Part shown: positions 7,295 through 12,061 of the stretch, piece by piece
Position numbering within the stretch: the first letter of the stretch is position 1
Layout: every line of letters begins with the position of its first letter
Source of the DNA: Hyphomicrobiaceae bacterium
GTDB lineage: Bacteria; Pseudomonadota; Alphaproteobacteria; Rhizobiales; Hyphomicrobiaceae
Length of the DNA: 12,061 bases
Direction: 5' to 3'
Assembly: GCA_031365425.1 (NCBI GenBank)
Contig: JANLYB010000320.1
Span: 1-12,061 of the forward strand
The notes under the pieces: generated by a model
Databases searched by the model: none
Told to the model about the DNA's origin: nothing
Seen by the model: the letters and a program-made list of their open reading frames with translations, nothing else
Program-made: the position numbers and the translations under genes

Positions 7295-7547
7295 GCGCTT
7301 TTCGATGTCGTAGCCCAACAACGGGTTTCAAAGCGCAGCCGGTTGTGCTGCCTCAAATGCCGGGGCAAAACTCATGTTCGCTCAATCATGAATCGCGCCC
7401 CATAACCGCGCCAAATGGCATCTATCTTGAATAGTCCCGCCTGTGCCAGTCCGTGTTCGCCTGTTTGCGCGTCCGGCTTGCACTGTTAACCGTCCCGGTG
7501 TTGAACACTCTTGCGGACGCTGGCGAACTTACAAGGACTGAAGAACA

Positions 7548-8996
7548 ATGACGAGCGCACTCTTTCCTGTTGTTTTGTCGGGTGGCTCGGGAACCCGGTT
7601 GTGGCCGCTGTCACGCTCGATGTACCCTAAGCAGTTCATCCGCTTCCACGACGGTCAGAACGCCTCGCTGTTGGGTGCCACTTTGGCACGCTTGAAGCCA
7701 ACGCTGGGTTTCAACGACCCGATCTTGCTTTGCAATAATGACCATCGCTTCCTGGTTCGCGAAGAATTGGAACGCGCAGGGCTGACTGCCAAGGCCGTCA
7801 TCCTTGAGCCGGTTGCCCGTAACACCGCACCGGCCATCGCCGTAGCAGCCATCGCCGCCATCAAGGAAAACCCCAACGCTGTCCTGATTGTCATGCCGTC
7901 CGACCACGCGGTCAAGGACGAGGCGAAATTCGTCGCCGCCGTCCAGCGCGCGGCCGAAGTTGCAGCCAAAGGCAAGCTTGTCTTGTTCGGCATCAAGCCC
8001 GACAGCCCGCAGACCGGCTTTGGCTACATCCGCCAGGGCATCCCCGTCGGCGACAAAATGTCTGGCGCATTCAACGTCGAAGCCTTCGTCGAAAAGCCAG
8101 ACGCAGCCACCGCCAAGAAATACGTCGCCGCCGGCACCTACACATGGAACAGCGGCATCTTCGTTCTCAACGCCCGCCTGTTCCTCGACGAGTTGAACCG
8201 CTTCCACCCCGAAATCGTCGCAGCTGCAACCCAGGCGCTGGCCAAATCGGAACAGGATCTTGGCTTCACCCGCCTTGATCGCGCAGCGTTTGAAGTCGCC
8301 CCCAGCATCTCCATCGACTACGCCGTAATGGAAAAGACCAAACAGGCAGCGATGATCCCCGTCGATGTCGGCTGGAACGATGTCGGCTCCTGGGCCTCGT
8401 TGTGGGAAATTTCCGACCACGACGAACACGGCAACTTCGTCCAGGGCGAAGCCGTCATGGCCGACACGACCAACACCTACATTCATTCCGGCACGTCGCT
8501 TGTCGCCACCATTGGCGTCCACGATCTGATCATCGTGGATACCCCCGACGCGCTGCTCGTCGCCGACCGCTCCCGCTCGCAGGACGTCTCCAAACTCGTC
8601 GCCGGTCTCCGCGTTAACAAACGCCGCGAGCATGAACAGCACCTGCGCAGCCTCCGTCCCTGGGGCTTCTTTGAAACGCTGAGTCTATCCAATCGCTTCC
8701 AGGTCAAACTCCTGCACGTCAAACCCGGCGCGAAGCTCTCCATGCAGATGCACCACCACCGCTCCGAACACTGGGTCGTCGTCCAGGGCACCGCGAAGGT
8801 CGTGATCGACGGCAAGGAACAGCTCGTCCGCGAAAACGAGAGCGTCTACATCCAGGCGACCCACTGGCACCGCCTCGAAAACCCCGGCAAGGTCCCCCTG
8901 GAACTGATCGAAGTTCAGCTCGGCAGCTACCTCGGCGAAGACGACATCGTCCGCACCGACGACGTTTACAACCGCGCCCCGGACGAGACGAAGTAA
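7548..8996 (+). CDS. manC: Bifunctional mannose-1-phosphate guanylyltransferase / mannose-6-phosphate isomerase (type II PMI; XanB/AlgA/ManC family)
   Basis: The N-terminal nucleotidyltransferase motif is FPVVLSGGSGTRLWPLSRSMYPKQF. The C-terminal cupin/PMI domain has HHHRSEHWVVVQGTAKVVIDGKEQLVRENESVYIQATHWHRLENPGKVPLELIEVQLGSYLGEDDIVR. An AAGGA Shine-Dalgarno sequence lies upstream. C-ending codons dominate strongly. The minus-strand 343-aa ORF 7611..8642 is an antisense shadow. Confidence 0.9.
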   Translation: MTSALFPVVLSGGSGTRLWPLSRSMYPKQFIRFHDGQNASLLGATLARLKPTLGFNDPILLCNNDHRFLVREELERAGLTAKAVILEPVARNTAPAIAVAAIAAIKENPNAVLIVMPSDHAVKDEAKFVAAVQRAAEVAAKGKLVLFGIKPDSPQTGFGYIRQGIPVGDKMSGAFNVEAFVEKPDAATAKKYVAAGTYTWNSGIFVLNARLFLDELNRFHPEIVAAATQALAKSEQDLGFTRLDRAAFEVAPSISIDYAVMEKTKQAAMIPVDVGWNDVGSWASLWEISDHDEHGNFVQGEAVMADTTNTYIHSGTSLVATIGVHDLIIVDTPDALLVADRSRSQDVSKLVAGLRVNKRREHEQHLRSLRPWGFFETLSLSNRFQVKLLHVKPGAKLSMQMHHHRSEHWVVVQGTAKVVIDGKEQLVRENESVYIQATHWHRLENPGKVPLELIEVQLGSYLGEDDIVRTDDVYNRAPDETK

Positions 8997-9013
8997 GGAC
9001 TTACAAGAAGCAA

Positions 9014-9052
9014 GGCCTCACAATTTGTCATCCTCGGGCTTGTCCCGAGGCC
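9014..9052 (+). repeat. GC-rich stem-loop just downstream of the manC stop (CCTCGGG-cttgt-CCCGAGG inside GGCCTC...GAGGCC); possible U-tract-less terminator or REP-like element
   Basis: A perfect 7-bp inverted repeat at 9032-9038 / 9044-9050 encloses a 5-nt loop, and an outer GGCCTC (9014-9019) / GAGGCC (9047-9052) pairing is possible. No T-run follows. Confidence 0.3.
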
Positions 9053-9295
9053 CCATCGCTCAGCGCATCCTGTTGTCCGTAGTGATACGCTGACGGGCAT
9101 GGGTGCCTGCGGGCGCGCGCGAATGCATTGCCTATTATTTTATCAGCATTCATTATTCCGCATCAATCGCTCCAATTCCGCCCCAATTATCGCGCTTATC
9201 CCCACTCCTCGTCAAAAGCCTTGTGTCCGGGTTTTTCATCCCGGCTGGCGCGCGCCGCGTTGCGGTGGTGTGTTCCGCTTTCGTCGAGATACGTC

Positions 9296-9369
9296 GAGGC
9301 TTTAGCTCAGCGGTAGAGCGCCCGCGGTTTCGCGGGAGGTCGGGGGTTCAATTCCCTTAAGCTTCTCCA
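9296..9369 (+). tRNA. tRNA-like sequence (tRNA-Ala-like features) with a non-canonical anticodon arm; possible pseudo-tRNA
   Basis: The acceptor stem is GAGGCTT/AAGCTTC with a G3-U70 wobble, followed by T73 and CCA. The D arm is GCTC-AGCGGTA-GAGC, the variable loop is AGGTC, and the T arm is GGGGG-TTCAATT-CCCTT. The anticodon arm is CCCGC-GGTTTC-GCGGG, a 6-nt loop; read another way it is a 6-bp stem with a GTTT tetraloop. It therefore has no standard 7-nt anticodon loop and no assignable anticodon. Total length is 74 nt. Confidence 0.45.
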
Positions 9370-9441
9370 AGCGACTAGCTCAGTGGTTAGAGCACAGGAT
9401 TGTTACTCCTGCTGTCGCGGGTTCAATTCCCGCTTCGCAAC
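9369..9441 (+). tRNA. tRNA-Asn(GUU)-like sequence with a mismatched acceptor stem, directly abutting the preceding tRNA-like gene; possible pseudo-tRNA
   Basis: The D arm is GCTC-AGTGGTTA-GAGC. The anticodon arm CAGGA-TTGTTAC-TCCTG gives anticodon GTT. The variable loop is CTGTC and the T arm is GCGGG-TTCAATT-CCCGC. The 5' acceptor strand AAGCGAC pairs with the 3' strand TTCGCAA at only 4 of 7 positions; 1-72 and 2-71 are A·A and 7-66 is C·T. There is no CCA; the sequence reads CGA. Its first nucleotide overlaps the last A of the upstream element's CCA. Confidence 0.4.
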
Positions 9442-9750
9442 CGACTGCCATCGGAAACTACATGATGGAAGCCGGCCGCACACTCAGCCATTGGTCCCGG
9501 GCAACCGGGTCCGGTGGCAAACGGCGAGACGACCTGTGCCTGTCGCAGATACCGTCTCCCCGCAAGGCCTAGCCGCCGGGCGCCAGCGCATGCTTCCCGA
9601 AAGGGGCCATGCGTCTGCAGCCCGATCGAACGGGTCGAATGGGAAGACTGAAGCGCAGGCCCGCGCTCTTATCGTGAGAATGTGGCCGGTGACCTTGTTT
9701 CACTAATTTCGACCGCCGGACTGAAAAGAAGAAGAAACGGAGATTGCACA
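9442..9750 (+). ncRNA. Long structured non-coding leader or possible small RNA upstream of the SPFH gene, with GNRA-tetraloop hairpins
   Basis: There is no credible ORF in this stretch. Hairpins are written with stems in capitals. CCCGG-gcaa-CCGGG is around 9503-9516. GAGACG-(21 nt)-CGTCTC is around 9527-9559. CGCATG-ct-TCCC-gaaa-GGGG-cc-CATGCG is around 9588-9614. The loops are GNRA on the + strand only. The stretch ends with a GGAG Shine-Dalgarno sequence 8 nt before the ATG at 9751. Confidence 0.2.
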
Positions 9751-10908
9751 ATGGCCCGCAAAGGATTGTTTTCGGAATTTATCGTCAAAGACGACGAGCG
9801 CGCGTTTCTATTCCGCGACGGCCGCTTTGTCCGATTGCTGGCGCCGGGCCTCCACCGCGAATTCGATTTCTCCCGCCGGTTGACCGCCGACGTCGTGAAA
9901 ATCGTGCGCGCCGAAATCCCTGCCGAGAAAGCGTTGCTGTTTGAAAAAACGCAACCCGCTCTCGCCGAGGAGCATTTCGAGATCGTCCAGGCGGGCCCCA
10001 ACGAGGTCGCCATCGTCTCCTTCGACGGTGAGCCCAGACACCTCGTGCTGCCCAACACCACGCGCGCGTTCTGGAAAACGCTGACCCGCGTCGATGTCGA
10101 AACCATCGATACGGCCGCCGACATCCGGGTCGCTAAGCGCCACCAGGACAAGATTGACCTCACCCGCTCGACCGTCGCCACCTCTGCCGTGGTCGAGGCC
10201 CACGAGGCCGGCTTGCTCATGGTCGATGGCCAATTGGCCGAACGCCTCGCGCCCGGCCGTCATGCGTTCTGGACCGTGGGCCGCACGGTGAAGATCGCCA
10301 AGGTAGATCTGCGCCCGCAGCCACTTGAGGTCACGGCGCAGGAAATCCTGACCAAAGACCGCATCGGAATTCGCGTAACGCTGACCGCCTTCATCAAGGT
10401 GACCGACGCTGAGAAATCCGTGCTGACGACGGCTGACTTGAACGGCACCTTGTATCGGATGATCCAGTTCGCCATCCGCGAAGCGGTCGCCGCCCGCACG
10501 CTCGACGAAATCCTCGCCGCGCGTGACACCATCGACAACCAGGTGCGCGCGTTCGTGTCCGAGCGCGCCAAGCAACTGGGTGCCGAGGTTGGCGAAATCG
10601 GCGTCAAGGATGTCATCCTGCCTGGCGACATCCGCAACCTGTTGAATAAGGTCGTGGAGGCGGAGCGCGTGGCGAAAGCCAACCTGATCCGCCGCCAGGA
10701 GGAAACGGCCTCGACCCGGTCGCTGCTCAACACCGCTAAGCTGATGGAAAACAACCCGCTGCTATTGCGTTTGAAGGAACTGGAAGCGCTGGAGAAGCTG
10801 GTCGAAAAAGTCGGCCGTATCGATCTTCACACGGGTGCTGGTGCGCAAGGCTTCGACGCCCTTCTCACCAACCTCGTCAAGATCAAAGGCAGCCAGCAAG
10901 TTGAATGA
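9751..10908 (+). CDS. SPFH/band-7 (stomatin-prohibitin-flotillin-HflK/C) domain protein, apparently soluble (no transmembrane segment)
   Basis: The SPFH core reads ...GRTVKIAKVDLRPQPLEVTAQEILTKDRIGIRVTLTAFIKVTDAEKSV...LYRMIQFAIREAVAARTLDEILAARDTIDNQVRAFVSERAKQLGAEVGEIGVKDVILPGDIRNLLNKVVEAERVAKANLIRRQEETAS..., followed by a coiled-coil tail. I took the start as the ATG at 9751 (MARKGLFSEF...) because GGAG lies 8 nt upstream; the track ORF begins at 9682 with no such support. No hydrophobic stretch of 18 or more residues is present. The minus-strand ORF 9808..10575 is an antisense shadow. Confidence 0.8.
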   Translation: MARKGLFSEFIVKDDERAFLFRDGRFVRLLAPGLHREFDFSRRLTADVVKIVRAEIPAEKALLFEKTQPALAEEHFEIVQAGPNEVAIVSFDGEPRHLVLPNTTRAFWKTLTRVDVETIDTAADIRVAKRHQDKIDLTRSTVATSAVVEAHEAGLLMVDGQLAERLAPGRHAFWTVGRTVKIAKVDLRPQPLEVTAQEILTKDRIGIRVTLTAFIKVTDAEKSVLTTADLNGTLYRMIQFAIREAVAARTLDEILAARDTIDNQVRAFVSERAKQLGAEVGEIGVKDVILPGDIRNLLNKVVEAERVAKANLIRRQEETASTRSLLNTAKLMENNPLLLRLKELEALEKLVEKVGRIDLHTGAGAQGFDALLTNLVKIKGSQQVE

Positions 10909-10916
10909 GACAAAGG

Positions 10917-10949
10917 TGAAGGCCAGGGGACTAAGTCCCCTGGCCTTCA
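10917..10949. terminator. Bidirectional terminator candidate: perfect 15-bp inverted repeat between convergent SPFH and FAH genes
   Basis: GAAGGCCAGGGGACT-a-AGTCCCCTGGCCTTC spans 10918-10948. It is flanked by ACTGCCCTTTTA on the + side, a T-run that overlaps the FAH gene's stop codon (TAA on the − strand, 10958-10960). It sits between the two stop codons (10906-10908 and 10958-10960). Confidence 0.5.
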
Positions 10950-10957
10950 CTGCCCTT

Positions 10958-11731
10958 TTAGGCCGCAAACGTATTCCGCAGCGTGCCGATCCCGTCGATT
11001 GTGACCTCTACGACGTTCTGCGCGTCTTTCATCACGCCCACGCCGACCGAGGTGCCGCACATGATGAGATCGCCCGGCAGCAAGGTCATGTCCCGCGACA
11101 GCATGGCCACGAGCGCACGCGGCGCAAAATACATGTCAGTCACTGGATAGTTCTGCCGCTCCTCGCCGTTGAGCACCGTCTTGATCGACAAACCCATCGG
11201 ATCGAGGCCCGTTGCGATGACCGGCCCGAAAGCGCCGAACGTGTCGTAGCTTTTGGCCCGCGCCCATTGGGGGAACGTCGGGTTCTTGGTGATGATCTCA
11301 GCCGCCGTCACATCGTTGATGCAGGTGTAACCGAAAATCGCGGCCTCCGCCTCGGCCTCGCTGGCATTGCTGCAGGCGCGCCCGATGACGATGCCAAGCT
11401 CGCCTTCGAAAACGACCTTGCCCGGATAAGACGCCGGCCGCACGATCACGCCGTCGTGGGGAAGCGCTGAGCCGATCGACTTGAGCAGATACAGCGGCTC
11501 ATCGGGCGCCGCGACCCCGAGCTTCGCGCCGAGCGCGCGCAGATTGTTCCACAGCGCGATGATCTTGGTCGGCGCGCACGGCGTCAAGACCGTCACGCTG
11601 GCAAGCGCAATCGTCTCGCCCGTCGCAAGCGGCGCGGCGAACATATCGCCCGAATGCACAGTGATCGTACCGTCTTTAAGAGTGCCAAAACCTGTCTGGC
11701 CGCCCCGTTCAAACCTCAACCAATTTGCCAC
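10958..11731 (-). CDS. Fumarylacetoacetate hydrolase (FAH) family protein (COG0179: 2-keto-4-pentenoate hydratase/2-oxohepta-3-ene-1,7-dioate hydratase-like)
   Basis: The N-terminus MANWLRFERGGQTGFGTLKDGTITVHSG is typical of the FAH family, and the body has ...YPGKVVFEGELGIVIGR...INDVTAAEI...GKSYDTFGAFGP...LLPGDLIMCGT.... The GTG start at 11731 is preceded by GGAGGA with a 6-nt spacer. The track's start at 11746 is a TTG one codon upstream of that Shine-Dalgarno sequence, so I do not prefer it. C-ending codon bias is strong. Confidence 0.8.
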   Translation of the reverse strand: MANWLRFERGGQTGFGTLKDGTITVHSGDMFAAPLATGETIALASVTVLTPCAPTKIIALWNNLRALGAKLGVAAPDEPLYLLKSIGSALPHDGVIVRPASYPGKVVFEGELGIVIGRACSNASEAEAEAAIFGYTCINDVTAAEIITKNPTFPQWARAKSYDTFGAFGPVIATGLDPMGLSIKTVLNGEERQNYPVTDMYFAPRALVAMLSRDMTLLPGDLIMCGTSVGVGVMKDAQNVVEVTIDGIGTLRNTFAA

Positions 11732-11914
11732 CCGTGATCCTCCCAAGTTGGAAAGCAGCGGTTATTCCGCGCTTCGCGTTTGGCGCGGACCCTGCCAGAG
11801 CCGCCGTTACTTGGATACTACACGCTCGGGCCTTCCGATTGAGTAGGTGTAGCCCACCTGAATGGGTGGTAAAGTGCATCGCGTCGGGCCGAACCTGCAA
11901 ACAGCTTGCCCGTA

Positions 11915-12061
11915 TCAGTGCAGACTTTCGCACGGACCATTGACTTTCGCCACTGGGATTATTATCCCTGATTCGTCGCCGGTCGTCCCGCCGTTGGCTT
12001 CATTTTCCATCTGATCCTGGAAGAGCTTGCCGTGGAACCGTTTTGCGCTGTACACGATCGA
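11915..12061 (-). CDS. Possible 3' end (C-terminal ~48 codons) of a gene that continues beyond the right edge of the window; product unknown
   Basis: The minus-strand frame is open from the window edge to the TGA at 11915-11917 (…SIVYSAKRFHGKLFQDQMENEANGGTTGDESGIIIPVAKVNGPCESLH*). It is co-directional with the FAH gene and is followed by a CCCACC-tgaat-GGGTGG hairpin at about 11854-11870. There is no recognisable motif, and GC3 is only moderate. Confidence 0.25.
   Translation of the reverse strand, partial: SIVYSAKRFHGKLFQDQMENEANGGTTGDESGIIIPVAKVNGPCESLH

Noticed and set aside
7611-8642. 343-aa minus-strand ORF
   Set aside because: It is antisense to manC, whose own frame carries textbook nucleotidyltransferase and cupin motifs.
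9099-9360. Three overlapping + strand ORFs of 62-85 aa
   Set aside because: All three frames are open only because this C/T-rich spacer lacks stop codons. They overlap one another and run into the tRNA-like sequence, and none has a Shine-Dalgarno sequence.
9296-9450. Two-piece (permuted) tmRNA gene, suggested by the G3-U70 Ala-like acceptor
   Set aside because: Both elements retain full D and anticodon-like arms, which the tmRNA tRNA-like domain lacks. No tag-peptide reading frame (…ANDNFAEEFAVAA-like) occurs nearby.
9480-9560. Possible SRP (4.5S) RNA because of GGTCCGG near a GNRA hairpin
   Set aside because: The conserved domain-IV motif (AGGUCAGGUCCGGAAGGAAGCAGC) is not present; only a 7-nt coincidence.
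9383-9706. 107-aa + strand ORF
   Set aside because: It starts inside the tRNA-Asn-like element and runs through the structured leader, and its composition is not protein-like.
9808-10575. 255-aa minus-strand ORF, and the 164-aa ORF 10260..10754
   Set aside because: They are antisense shadows of the SPFH gene.
11709-11943. Small ORFs of 72 and 74 aa on both strands in the FAH upstream region
   Set aside because: They overlap each other and the FAH start and promoter region, and there is no coding signal. The region more plausibly holds the FAH promoter plus the hairpin that follows the upstream partial gene.
1-12061. CRISPR arrays, transposase or insertion-sequence elements, toxin-antitoxin pairs
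   Set aside because: I scanned for regularly spaced direct repeats and for DDE-transposase or toxin-like reading frames and found none. The only periodic repeats are the short motifs noted at 9100-9300.

Overview
This is a high-GC (roughly 63-66 %) chromosomal segment that looks alphaproteobacterial (Sphingomonad-like codon usage), and most of its genes are ordinary housekeeping or envelope genes. Nine of the ten protein-coding genes below are well supported; the tenth is a weak edge fragment.

**Genes, left to right:**
- A decayed P4-type integrase fragment (59..202, +) lies 48 bp from the 3' end of a tRNA-Ser(CGA) gene (250..339, -), so it looks like the eroded edge of an integrative element lying to the left of the window.
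- A minus-strand pair follows: a GbsR-family (COG1510) regulator (1093..1677) and a DUF4166-like protein (429..1076).
- This pair is divergent from an OprB-family carbohydrate porin (1831..3240, +).
- Next is a convergent outer-membrane beta-barrel gene of unknown family with atypically low GC3 (3312..4292, -).
- A sensor-less HisKA histidine kinase (4452..5372, +) is translationally coupled (ATGA overlap) to a 641-aa HerA/DUF87-family ATPase with a disordered Ala/Pro/Ser tail (5369..7294, +).
- A bifunctional GDP-mannose pyrophosphorylase/phosphomannose isomerase follows (7548..8996, +).
- A ~750-bp non-coding tract holds two directly abutting tRNA-like sequences on the + strand (9296..9369 and 9369..9441), neither of which folds canonically, followed by a GNRA-hairpin-rich leader (9442..9750).
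- That leader precedes a soluble SPFH/band-7 protein gene (9751..10908, +).
- A perfect 15-bp inverted repeat (10918..10948) separates it from a convergent FAH-family hydrolase gene (10958..11731, -).
- A possible C-terminal gene fragment sits at the right edge (11915..12061, -).

No CRISPR array, transposase or toxin-like gene was seen. The most unusual items are the histidine kinase-HerA module and the defective tandem tRNA-like pair.
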